Shown piece after piece: positions 23,751 through 34,709 of a DNA stretch of 64,000 bases. The translations under genes and the position numbers were made by a program. Within the stretch, counting starts at the first letter, position 1; each line of letters begins with the position of its first letter. Source of the DNA: Zancudomyces culisetae HAW-14-8 (taxonomy: Eukaryota > Fungi > Kickxellomycota); the NCBI GenBank assembly GCA_052426225.1, contig JBNJNM010000019.1, positions 62,001-126,000 of the forward strand. The letters are read 5' to 3'. The notes under the pieces were generated by a model, which was not told where the DNA came from, ran no database searches, and saw only the letters and a program-made list of their open reading frames with translations.

Positions 23751-26700
23751 ATGTCGACAATAGTTAAAGGAAAGCTCAAATCAGCACGAGCAGCAATAGG
23801 AAAAAAAGATTATGAGGAGGCCTACGAATTAAGCAAAGATATTCTGGATTGGGAATCAGAAAATTACACTGCATTGATATATCTAGGACTAGCGAGCACC
23901 AAGCTTCAAAAGTGGGGGGAGGCGGAGGAGGCGTATAAAAAGGCCATAGAACTTGATAATACACAGCTTTTGGGTTGGCAGGGACTGAATTCCCTGTATG
24001 AAGAACAAGGAGGCCAAAACGAAAAATTGGAGGAGGTTCTGGACGAATTGATGAGGCGATATGATGATACAAACAATGTAGGGAAAAAAGTGGAGGTTAT
24101 TAGGAAGCTGCTCAAGATTTACGAGCAGAGTGGAAGGGTGCAGGAAAACATTTCTGGATTGGATGTATTGTATAAGACCCTGAAGGGAGATGCTGTTGCG
24201 TCAAGTCAGGAAGGAAAGGAAAAAGAAAAAGAAAAAGAAAAAGTCGAGTTAAGAGAAATTGCTGATGAAATCATAAAAATTGAAAGCACAAGAAGAAAAA
24301 ACAAGATTGAAAGGGAAGTTAGAACGAGAAGAACGAGGCTCGGTGCACTTCCACTGAACCAGTTGCGAGAACAGGTTAGAAAAGAGGTTATGCAGGAAAA
24401 TAACATTTTACAAGAATACCTAGAGGAAAGAGTAGATCGGTGTGCATTTGAGCAGCTGGATGTTGATAAGATAGACCAGACCAAGGTCTTGGCTAGTAAA
24501 GAGGAAGTAGAGAAATTTGAAATGTTATTTGAGGAAATTAGTGGTAGGATCATGTACAATGTGGTTGATAAGGGGAGATTACAGGAAGAACGAAAAAAGA
24601 TGAATGGATTGATAGCGCTTTTGGTTGGGAATAAAGTGTGCAGCAAGGCGCATAGGATGTACGTTGATATGATGGATTTGGAACGAGAGAAAATAGTGCC
24701 AGTACTATTGAACTATGTAGCAGAGTTTGGTAGAGGGGATGAATTTGCAAAGGCGGCAATAGAGTACATGGATAGTGAGGTGGGGAGTGAAGACAGTCAA
24801 GAATTGGATAAAGAGGTGGCAGTTGAGGTTGAGATTGGAATTGGGATGGGAGGAAGAGTATTTATTGAATTGTTGAAAGTAGAAAAGTTGGAGGTTAAAA
24901 AAACGCTGGATGCTAGAGATACAATAGGATTATATGAAGGAGTATTAGAGACGATAAAGGGAGTAGAAGGGTGGATTGGAAAGGAACTAAAAGAGACACA
25001 GAGCCGGGTGCGGTTGTTGAGAGGGAAAGAGATGGTAGAGATAAAAGAGAGTGGGAAGGGGATTATGGATTTAGAGTATGTGGTAGAGAATAGTTTGGAT
25101 GTAGCTCTACGTACCGAGGCGATTATTGAGATGGCAAGGATATTTCAAGGACAGGAACGCGAATTGGAGGCTGTAAAGTTGCTTGAGGAACACAAGGCAG
25201 AGCTGGATAGACATAATGATGTCGGATGTATGGCAAAAGTAGCAGGAGAATTGGGTATGATATATATAGAGATGAAGGAGTATGTGAAGGCAAAAGAGCA
25301 GTTGGAAGAGGCGTTAGAGATGGAACCAGCAATGATAGATGCAAGAATTCATTTAGGAGATTTGTATTTTAGAGATAGGAATAAGAATAAGAATAGTCAA
25401 GAAAGTAGTGGAGAAGATGAGGATGAGGGTGAGGATGAGGATGAGGATGAGAAGCGAAATAGAGCATTGAGAGAGTGGGCAACAGCGGCTAAATTAGATA
25501 CAACGAATGCCGAGATATTTGTAAGGTTGGGAGAGTGGTATAGAGAAGCAAAAGAGTTAGCAAAAGATATAAAAGAACAAGAAGGCCACGAACAGAGGGC
25601 ATATGGATGTTATAAGCGGGCATTTCAACTAGATCCAGGAAACACAACAGCAGCACGTTATGTGGTCAAGCGTATGCTACAGGGAGAAGAGAGTGAGGAA
25701 GATGTATTGTATGAGGCAGTAGATGTTTTGAAGAAAAGTTTAGAGATCAACAAACGACAAGTATGGGCGTGGAGACAATTGGGAGTTCTAGAATTAAATG
25801 TTACGCACGATTATGAAGGTGCAGGAGTTTCGTTCAACAACGTGAGTCGAATTCTTGATTTTCGACAGGCTGAGATGACGGAAAAGGAGAGGAGAATGGC
25901 TGTGATTGAGGCGACGGAGGGGTTAGCAGATGCGTACTATCGACAGGAGAGATGTTTGGCGTCGTTGTTAGTAATTGAAAAGCTACAGCGACTTGTTCTT
26001 GAGTATAAACAGGAATACGATAACAATGACAACAACAACAAAAATGGTGAAGGTGTGGAGGCTGATCTTGGGATGATTAGAATAACAGCAAATGTATTGC
26101 ATGGAGATATTCTAATAATGTTGAGGAGAAATGAAGAAGCCTATGACCGTTATCTGTTGGCAAAGGAAGCGGCAGTACGGCTATCAGAGTCATCTGAGAA
26201 TACGATTCTTGGGAACCAAATGGTATACAAAATCGAGTTGGATATTATTAATACTCAGTTAAAAATGGCTGTAGAAGATGGTGGCGTTGGAGGAAATATA
26301 GGCAAACTGAAGGAATATTTCCATGAGGTTATGCTGAGAATGAATGGCCTGTTGTCATCAGATATCAACAACGGACCATCGCGTTTGGCGTTGTTTGGAT
26401 GTATTTACCAGGCATTTGTAGTTGCATTGGACTATAGTGGTTGTGGAATAGTCGAGTTGAACGATTTGGGATGTCTTTATTCAATTCTTTTACAGATTCT
26501 TTACGATTCGGTTGCTGGTAATGCCAATGATGATCCAGTAAACATGATAATTGAACAGGACAAACAGTTTTTGGAACTGGATGGCGATTGTGGTGATATC
26601 CGACTACGTATTCTTCAAATTCTTGAAACTGCCGCAATGCTGCTTATTCAACTCTCCACTGATACCGCTATGGCTGCCTCTGGCTGGCAGTACCTAGGTG

Positions 26701-29700
26701 CTGCTTATTACCGTCGACTATCTTTAACTCGCGAAGTATTGTTATTACCAACAAATATTTTCTGTCAATCAGAATCTCAATCAGAATCTCAATCTCAATC
26801 TCAATCTCAATCTCAATCTCAATCAACAGTCATGATGAGTGCATTCGTAGTAGATCACAACGACAACAACAACAACAACAACAACAACAGTAATAATAAT
26901 AGTAGTGATAATAGCAATGTTCTTGATTCTGCAACTGTCAGTTCGTTAGCTCTTAGTTGTCTCGAGGCTTCTCTACAACTCGACAATACCAACATTGAGG
27001 CTATGCTTTTGTTGGCACAAACAAGTATTCTAAGTGGTCATTATAAACTAGCTAAACATAGTTACATCTCTGCTATCTATGCTCTAATGGAAAATACCAC
27101 AACAATAACAACAACAACAACAACAACTACTACTAATACAACTATTACAACTGAACGATTATGGGGAGAATTGGCGTTGTTATCTCTACTTACTGGTGAG
27201 TATCACGTAATGAAAGCATGTTTGAATACTGGATTTACAAACGAAAACTGTATTTTCTTGTTTGTAAAAGCTGTCTCTGAACTTTATTTTGTTGACATTT
27301 CCAGTACAAACAACTCTTACTCTAACTCCAACTCCAACTCCAGTCATATGGATAGAATACGTGAACTCAAATCTATAACTGCCTTTGAATATCTCAAACA
27401 GTGTATCCAACTTGGCGAAAAACAACTAACCATCAATGCTCTCATCTTGCTTTCTCTACAACTTGTCTCGTGGAACCATCAAAACCTTTCTGCCATACAA
27501 TCATACATTTATTTCTGTGAATTTGAGTTGAATAAAGCTATACAGCGTCTATCTCTACCCAACAACACCCATAACAACAACAACGATAGTAATAATAGTA
27601 ATAATAATAATGACTTTACGATAACTATGGGTTATTATTATGCCGTGTTATCTAATCTTTATGGTTTAATTGCTGAAATTAATCGTAATTACCACTTGTC
27701 CAAAGTTGGCTATGAAAATTGTTACCAAACTCTACAACAACAAGTCGATGAAAATGACAGTAATGATAATGATAATGATAGCCATCAAGTCTCTACTATC
27801 TTTGCTCCTAAAAAACAATACTTTAACAGTGGTTCAATCAAATGTCTACATTACATTTTATCTCTAAATACCAATAATACCAATAATACCAATAATAGTC
27901 AAAAAAATGAAAATGTGTGGATTGTTTCTACTGATAAAAACACTGTCGATTTGTTTACCAACACTTTTAAGTCACAACTAATAAACGCTGGCCTAATTAC
28001 CACCACCACTACAATGTCACACCAAGAGATCCAATTTCAAATCCAACTCTTTGTTTTGGCAAATTATGCACGATCCTTACTCTACAACCAAGAATTTGAA
28101 ACCTGCATACCTCTATATGAATACTTGATAGACTACTATTTTGGCGAGTCTTTTGCTGGTAATGCCGACAATCTTTACCGGTACTTTATTTTGTTGGATT
28201 ATGCAAAGGCTCAATTTTACAATAAGGATATTAAATTATCACTACAACTATACCAAAAAATCATTTCTAGCAATGATCTTGTTTCCAATACCCATGCTAC
28301 CCATGACTCTGAATCTTTTGCTCTTCAATCGCTAGCATTTATCCAGAGTACTCAATGTCTGTATGCTTTGGGTAATTATGACCTGGCTTTTCAAAACATT
28401 TCTCAATTTTTACATTTGTTTTATAACCAAGATGAATATATAAACAAAATATTCTCAACAAGTACAACAACAACAAATACAACAACTACAACAACAACAA
28501 CAACAAATATAAATATAAATACAAAAACTAGGGACAATGCTCTCGTAAATATTTCCTATTTGACTACTGGATTGATTATCCAAAACCTCTTGCTCTTATC
28601 TATGGATTTGAATCCTCTTACTTCTGATAGCAACAATCTTTACCAAAACTACTTTGACAAGTTGGCCAGTAAACTGTCGGAGTTGTTGCTAACTACTGAA
28701 GCTGCAAACAAGTCTCTTACTTTTTCGGCTCCTTCAGTTTCCCTAATTATCAACTATTTATGGACTTTAACTATTTATACCAACATCACTAATACTTCAC
28801 CAGATGCAAATGCAGATTTAGATTTAGATTTAGATCTAGATCTCGCTCTCGCTCTTTCCTCTTATACTAATACTAATACTAATACTGATACTGATACCAA
28901 TACTGATACCAATACTGATACCAATAATAACAATACCCCAACATCTCAACTTGATGGTGCTGACCAAACGGTACGGCTACTGTTATCTCTAATCAAAACT
29001 CTTGACGTATCCAATCCTTCCGTCTCATTGTCATCTTTATCAAAGTCTGTCTTTATAACCATCAAGTCTAAATTGGTTTCCATTACCACCAATTTCTTTA
29101 GATTCATAAACATCAAGACTCTCAATTCTTCAATTCTATCGACTTCCAGTTCAGATTTGGAACCAACTGCGTTTCAGGTTAAGGTTATCAACTTGCTAAT
29201 CATCATTCTTGCTGATATCAAATTTGTTATTCCTGTTTTACCTACTCACTACTTGCCCAATTGTACCGATACTCATAATAACATTCTTGGTGTACTTTTC
29301 AATATTGCCAATATTTGTCTGAACTACCTTGTAACTTTCCATCCCATCATTTCAACTCTGCTATCCTCTTCTATTGATTCTTCTATTGATTCTTCTACTG
29401 ACTCTTCTACTGATTCTTCTACCCATGGAAACCCCAACAAAGTTCATATGCAATTTGTTACTACTCTTGGTCAAAATGCCCAGTTTCTTGATAGCCGTGG
29501 TATTAATGTCAGTAACAATGATAATGATAATGAAAATGGATACGTTACTTTCCGTATAGATAATTTACCCACCGACTCTAATACTGGCAGTTTTGCTAGT
29601 ATTCTAGATCATTTGCTGGCTCTATTATTTGATTCTGTTACCCTTACTCCACCCGCCAACAAAATCGATGATGAAAATTCCAACCCTCAACAAGATCAAC

Positions 29701-30122
29701 AAAACTCAAACTCAAACTCAAATCCAAACCCAAAACCCACCACCACCAAGTTGATTTGGAAACCTTCGAAATACTACATTAATCCAACCCTAAACCATCC
29801 ACGTTCTTCTCTCCTTGATCCACTATCATTTCTAAATACCATCAAAAATGACAATAACAACAATAACAACAATAACAACAATAACAATAACAATGATAAC
29901 TCTAACTCTAGTGATTTTGCAGATATAAACGCTGAGGATGAAGCCGCGTCTCTACAAAAAAACTATGAACTTGCTAAATCTCATCTTTTATCATCACCTA
30001 TTCCCTCTGCAACTCTGACCACAAGCGACAAAGACAGTGGTATTAATAAGGACTTTAGTTTTGATTTGGTTATTAAAAACAAAATTAAAATTAACAACAA
30101 TATAGTAAACTTTTTGTATTAA
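23751..30122 (+). CDS. SKI3: Superkiller 3 (Ski3/TTC37)-like TPR protein with a greatly expanded, low-complexity C-terminal half
   Basis: ATG at 23751. The N-terminus VKGKLKSARAAIGKKDYEEA..NYTALIYLGLA..AEEAYKKA..LLGWQGL matches the Ski3 N-terminal TPRs. Later RAYGCYKRAFQLDP and WAWRQLG are also Ski3-like. Confidence 0.85.
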   Translation: MSTIVKGKLKSARAAIGKKDYEEAYELSKDILDWESENYTALIYLGLASTKLQKWGEAEEAYKKAIELDNTQLLGWQGLNSLYEEQGGQNEKLEEVLDELMRRYDDTNNVGKKVEVIRKLLKIYEQSGRVQENISGLDVLYKTLKGDAVASSQEGKEKEKEKEKVELREIADEIIKIESTRRKNKIEREVRTRRTRLGALPLNQLREQVRKEVMQENNILQEYLEERVDRCAFEQLDVDKIDQTKVLASKEEVEKFEMLFEEISGRIMYNVVDKGRLQEERKKMNGLIALLVGNKVCSKAHRMYVDMMDLEREKIVPVLLNYVAEFGRGDEFAKAAIEYMDSEVGSEDSQELDKEVAVEVEIGIGMGGRVFIELLKVEKLEVKKTLDARDTIGLYEGVLETIKGVEGWIGKELKETQSRVRLLRGKEMVEIKESGKGIMDLEYVVENSLDVALRTEAIIEMARIFQGQERELEAVKLLEEHKAELDRHNDVGCMAKVAGELGMIYIEMKEYVKAKEQLEEALEMEPAMIDARIHLGDLYFRDRNKNKNSQESSGEDEDEGEDEDEDEKRNRALREWATAAKLDTTNAEIFVRLGEWYREAKELAKDIKEQEGHEQRAYGCYKRAFQLDPGNTTAARYVVKRMLQGEESEEDVLYEAVDVLKKSLEINKRQVWAWRQLGVLELNVTHDYEGAGVSFNNVSRILDFRQAEMTEKERRMAVIEATEGLADAYYRQERCLASLLVIEKLQRLVLEYKQEYDNNDNNNKNGEGVEADLGMIRITANVLHGDILIMLRRNEEAYDRYLLAKEAAVRLSESSENTILGNQMVYKIELDIINTQLKMAVEDGGVGGNIGKLKEYFHEVMLRMNGLLSSDINNGPSRLALFGCIYQAFVVALDYSGCGIVELNDLGCLYSILLQILYDSVAGNANDDPVNMIIEQDKQFLELDGDCGDIRLRILQILETAAMLLIQLSTDTAMAASGWQYLGAAYYRRLSLTREVLLLPTNIFCQSESQSESQSQSQSQSQSQSTVMMSAFVVDHNDNNNNNNNNSNNNSSDNSNVLDSATVSSLALSCLEASLQLDNTNIEAMLLLAQTSILSGHYKLAKHSYISAIYALMENTTTITTTTTTTTTNTTITTERLWGELALLSLLTGEYHVMKACLNTGFTNENCIFLFVKAVSELYFVDISSTNNSYSNSNSNSSHMDRIRELKSITAFEYLKQCIQLGEKQLTINALILLSLQLVSWNHQNLSAIQSYIYFCEFELNKAIQRLSLPNNTHNNNNDSNNSNNNNDFTITMGYYYAVLSNLYGLIAEINRNYHLSKVGYENCYQTLQQQVDENDSNDNDNDSHQVSTIFAPKKQYFNSGSIKCLHYILSLNTNNTNNTNNSQKNENVWIVSTDKNTVDLFTNTFKSQLINAGLITTTTTMSHQEIQFQIQLFVLANYARSLLYNQEFETCIPLYEYLIDYYFGESFAGNADNLYRYFILLDYAKAQFYNKDIKLSLQLYQKIISSNDLVSNTHATHDSESFALQSLAFIQSTQCLYALGNYDLAFQNISQFLHLFYNQDEYINKIFSTSTTTTNTTTTTTTTTNININTKTRDNALVNISYLTTGLIIQNLLLLSMDLNPLTSDSNNLYQNYFDKLASKLSELLLTTEAANKSLTFSAPSVSLIINYLWTLTIYTNITNTSPDANADLDLDLDLDLALALSSYTNTNTNTDTDTNTDTNTDTNNNNTPTSQLDGADQTVRLLLSLIKTLDVSNPSVSLSSLSKSVFITIKSKLVSITTNFFRFINIKTLNSSILSTSSSDLEPTAFQVKVINLLIIILADIKFVIPVLPTHYLPNCTDTHNNILGVLFNIANICLNYLVTFHPIISTLLSSSIDSSIDSSTDSSTDSSTHGNPNKVHMQFVTTLGQNAQFLDSRGINVSNNDNDNENGYVTFRIDNLPTDSNTGSFASILDHLLALLFDSVTLTPPANKIDDENSNPQQDQQNSNSNSNPNPKPTTTKLIWKPSKYYINPTLNHPRSSLLDPLSFLNTIKNDNNNNNNNNNNNNNNDNSNSSDFADINAEDEAASLQKNYELAKSHLLSSPIPSATLTTSDKDSGINKDFSFDLVIKNKIKINNNIVNFLY
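26763..26826 (+). repeat. Coding hexanucleotide microsatellite (CAATCT)n encoding Gln-Ser/Glu-Ser repeats in SKI3
   Basis: The sequence reads tgtcaatcagaatctcaatcagaatctcaatctcaatctcaatctcaatctcaatctcaatca. It is one of many coding SSRs in the window. Confidence 0.85.
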
Positions 30123-30288
30123 CAATATATATATATATAAAGATACCACCACCACCACCACCACCACTAATACTATTATTATTATTACTATTATTATTAT
30201 TATTATAACCATTTGCATTCCCAACTTTTTTTTTCTTTTCTTTTTTATTAGCATAATAAAAGTTAATCGGATACAGTTATAAAAGTTT

Positions 30289-32553
30289 TCAACTAAAACA
30301 CAACATTTGGTAATCATCCGCCAATTTCTCCTTTCCCTCATATGGATAGCTTATTCCCTTCTTAATTCCTGGTCCAATACTTCCAACATATATATTTCCG
30401 TTCTTGTTTCGCTTTCCAATAAACACCTAATATTATCCATCATACATTATTTACAATACCCCATTATTATCTTGCCCAAATAAATAATAACCACAAAAAA
30501 AATAAAATAATAATAATAATAAACACATATTAACAATTAACAATTATTAAATTTTTTAAATTATTGTTTTTTTTTTACCGTTCGCCCCTTTGAATCACGT
30601 CCTCCTACCACCAACCTTTGTGTAACTTTGGTAGGATCCATTCTCCCTTTTGCTGAATACCAGTTAAACATCTCGGATCTTCCACAAAGTACACTAAACT
30701 CCTTTGGTTTTACAAATGACCCATTACAAATTACTAATGCCCCCCTAATTCCCTTTGACAACATTCCTATATACACCCCTGACTTGTGCGTATATCTATT
30801 AATAGTTTTTGTGTTTTTAGTATTATTTAATTTACAAACCTACTACACTATTTTCTTTCTGCTTTCTCTCTCTCCTCTCTTTTTCTTTTTCTTTTTTTTC
30901 TTTTTTATTTATTTTTTATTTTTATTTTTATTTTATAATATTTCTTACTTTATTATATACACTGGTTCGCCATTATTTTTTCCCGCAACCAAAGCTGAGC
31001 TTGGAATTGTTCTATTTTTAAGTCCATCCCATTTTCCTGTTAGATTTAAATATTCATACCTCCACTAATTACCAAACTTGCCATTGAAATATAACATTGT
31101 TATTATTATTATCATTATTATTAAAAATAACAACAAAAAAAAAAAAGACTTACAGATTTTTAACTTCCTTCCATTCCAGAGTTCCATGAACACCCAATGG
31201 TTGGGTTGGTAGCATTGGTTGGTGTTGGGGTTGTGGAAGATGATATCCTCCTACTCCTACTCCTGCGCCTGCTCCTGCTCCTCCTTGTTGATACTGTTGT
31301 TTTTGAGAACCGTAATTCTGCATCTCCGATATTGATTGCTTATTATTATCACGACCCGATGATAACATTGATGGCTGAGGCCCTCCTCCTCCTCCTATTG
31401 GTGGTTTTGCTATTGCTGCTGCTGCTGCTCCTGCTGCTGTTGTTGTTGTTGCTCCTAATGGGTTGCCAGATGACATTCCATACCCATACGATGGTCTTGG
31501 CCCATTAACATTTCCACTTGGGAATCCACCCGTTGGAGTTGGCGGTGGCATTCCATGTCCATATGATGGTCTCGGTCCCTCTCCCCCGCTTCCTCCTCCA
31601 CTTGGAAACGAACCCGTAGGATTTGCTGATGACATACCGTATCCATATGATGGCCTGGGACCGTTGCTATTCCCACTTGGGAATGCTCCTGTTGGATTTC
31701 CAGATGACATTCCATACCCATACGATGGTCTTGGTCCGTTAACATTTCCACTCGGGAATCCACCCGTTGGAGCTGGTGGTGGCATTCCATACCCATATGA
31801 TGGTCTCTGGCCTCCTGGTCCTCCACCACTTGGATAGCCTTGCTCCTGTCGTTGTTGTTGCGATGGTAGTGGTGGTAACGGTGGTGGTGATTGTTGCAAT
31901 GGTGGTTGTTGCAATGATGGCTGTGATGGGAAGGGGATTGCTGAGGATAAAGGATGCATATTTGACTGACTGGGTCTTTTCATACCCCCCTCACCTCCTG
32001 GCATCGGTGGTCTTTGTGGTGTGGATGGCATTGGAGGCATTCCGCTTCCCTGCCAACCTTGTGAGCTCCTTCCACCACCTGGACTATCCATCCTCGTCAA
32101 ATGTGGTGGTCGTGACATTTGTTGCTGAGGATTATAGTTGTAATCGTAGTTATCATCACCCCTATACTCGTTTGCTTGGGGAAAAGCATATTGAAAATTC
32201 TTATTATTGCTCGCTCCACCAGATCTATTATCATTATAACCCCTGATTCGAAGCACTACCTCGCGGGCTATACGCTCCACCATCCCCTCTATCACTGTAG
32301 TTTGAATATCCTTGCCCCCCATATTGTGGTTGTGGCTGTGGTTGTTGTTGCCTATCATAGTAGCTATCGTGACTTTGGTATACTTCATTCTGTCTATCAT
32401 CACCTCTCTGTGGCACTATGCCTCTGTCTAGCTGTTTGCCAGGCATCGTTGGGGAAGGTCTACCTTCGGTCCAATATGGGTTATCATTTCTATGGAATCA
32501 CCGTAGGGATTGTTGTTCCTATACCCACTACCGTTTTCAAACCCCTGTGACAT
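30289..32553 (-). CDS. DM9-repeat (DUF3421)-domain protein with a long Gly/Pro/Gln/Tyr-rich N-terminus (exons 32553-31154, 31011-30949, 30795-30579, 30426-30289; ~605 aa); exon 1 has two compensating frameshifts
   Basis: The spliced C-terminus is LEWKEVKNLTIPSSALVAGKNNGEPVYIIKYTHKSGVYIG..EFSVLC..FNW..LVVGGRDSKGRTVFIGKRNKNGNIYVGSI..GISYPYEGKEKLADDYQMLCFS*. This fits two DM9 repeats (W..IP..A..AG..GEP.YI; PY.GKE..Y..L). All three introns are GT-AG with consistent phase. Confidence 0.78.
31453..31809 (-). repeat. Five tandem ~75-nt / ~25-aa repeats (RPSYGYGMxxxxPTGxFPSGNxNG), the last truncated
   Basis: Visible in both protein and DNA, with two subtypes (MPPP.PTGG and MSS.NPTG). Confidence 0.9.
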
Positions 32554-34709
32554 ATTGTACTTGTCTCACACTGCTTTTTTTTTCTCCTCTGTGTAAATAA
32601 ATTATATTACTATTATTCTTTATCGCTGTTGTTGATAAAGTGGAATTGTTAGCATAAATGTTCGATTTGGAGGTTTTTCTTTTTTCGTTGCAATTGTCAA
32701 TACTTCAAATGCCAAACTTGAAAAATAGTATCAATCTCTTGGTGTTTATAACGGTTTATTTGGTATTGCTCCTGTTACAGAAACACAGGTTGTTTATACT
32801 TTGATATTTTCGAAAATTACGTTTATTTTTTGTTAGTCTTTTTTTTTTGACCCCTTAATGTCCTTATTTAGAAGATTAATTAACGCTTAAATTCCCATTT
32901 TGATGCTTTTTTGCTCCTTATTACTAATAGCAAATTATTAGTATTTTCCAGTTTGACAAATTACCAATGTAAATAAAAATCCGAGCAATTAATGGTGCCA
33001 GTTTGGACAGAAAGTCAAGTATATAAAAAAAATCAGCAAATAAAGCGTATCTTGGATACTTCCACCCACTCATCTCATCTACAATGCCAGATTTGTGTTT
33101 TATGGTAAGAAAAAAAAATTCGAACTATCAATAATAATAACATTAACTAAAAACCATTATGGAGCAATAATAAAGCTGTGAAAACATTTTTGATCCACCA
33201 AACATTTTGCTGGCTTTATGGGAAATAATTGGCAGAAATTTTTTGTCTTTCCTATTTACTTTGTTGCAGGAATACGGGAAAACAGTATATTTGTTATAAA
33301 CCAAAGTAGTGAGTGCTGCCAATAATTTTGTTTTTTCTGCCATGTGCTAAACTTTTTTTGTTTTTGTTTTTGCATTTTGCATATGCGCTGCGGATTTCAC
33401 TCTTTCATTTGCTGCGATACCCAAATTTCCACAGTATATACAAATAAAAGGACCAGTATTGCTGCTACTACAAGGATTTTCATACAAAGTAAAAAAGTAA
33501 ACCGAATGCTTTTCCCTACAATTCAACATCAAACGTCTATACCATACTACTATCTTGGAACCTTACCACCTTTTAATTTAAAAATATAGTTTATTATACA
33601 TGTGTGCCCAGACATTGCCAAGTCTAAAAGACAGCGCGTAAAATAATCCCCAACATTCATCAGCTGGCGTTTTTTTTTTGTTTTTTTTTTCATTTGTATC
33701 CGTACCAAAGTAGAAACGTGACATGTGAACAATCGGCGTGGATTCTAATGGCGCTTACTTTTATCACCAATACTTTTGTAGCTGTGCGTTGATTGTTGTA
33801 CCTTATAATGTCAATTAACGCAAAGCACATGCATTATGTGTGTTTCTACTTCAGCTTGCCCTGGGAACACTGAGTAAGCACTTTTGGGAAATTTATGAAT
33901 TCGATTTTTTTTTCTGATAATTTACACATCCCACACATACTGAACCACCCTTGAAAAATGAATACGATTGTTTGGTCATCTCTACCTTTACATGATCTTA
34001 GAGCACTTTTATATTCATACGCTGAAGAACTTATGTGCTACAATCCTCATTTGTAATTATCATCATCAAAAATGTGCATTCTTCTGCATAATAAGTGAAT
34101 CCATTACAGTTGAATGGGGATCAATGTGGTACGGTAAAAGGTTTTTCTTTGATGGATGCTGCTTTAGCACTGCAAACCTACAACAATTTGTAGAAAAAAC
34201 ATCTAGAACTGATTAAGGCATCATAATAACTACTGATTTCAGTCTACATTCACTTTGCTTTGTAGCCAAATACCCTAACCCAACATTTTTTTTTGTGAAT
34301 ATCCTACAATATACTGGTGGATTTTCTTGTATCTGAGCCCATAACTGCATATGCGTTTTCTTTTAGTCAGAGAAGAGCGATCCCCCTCTCACACATACAT
34401 CCTGTATCAAAATAATCTTTTTCGCAGCGGCCTCGTGGTAAGTAAAGTTCAAAGCGGACGAGGCTTGCTACGTATATCTTTTCTGTGATTTTTTTGATGT
34501 TTTTCACAATCAAAAGCATTAAAAGCAAATTATAGAAACAATAAAAGAAACATTAAAGGTAAAACACAATTATTAGGCATTTTTATTGTTTTCCCCTCAG
34601 TGTTGAGGTTCCAATACATCAAATTAGTCTATTAAAAAATCACAACATGCCGAAAAAAATGAAAAGCTAAAAAATTATTTATCCTTTCCCCCCCCCTTCT
34701 TCGAGATAG

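Noticed and set aside
31012-31064. Alternative acceptor at 31064 for DM9 exon 2
   Set aside because: With the phase-2 donor it reaches a stop; the acceptor at 31011 restores the DM9 alignment.
31463-31837. Plus-strand ORF with repeated YPYDGL, resembling an HA tag
   Set aside because: It is the antisense shadow of the minus-strand SYG repeats and does not match YPYDVPDYA; there is no vector context.
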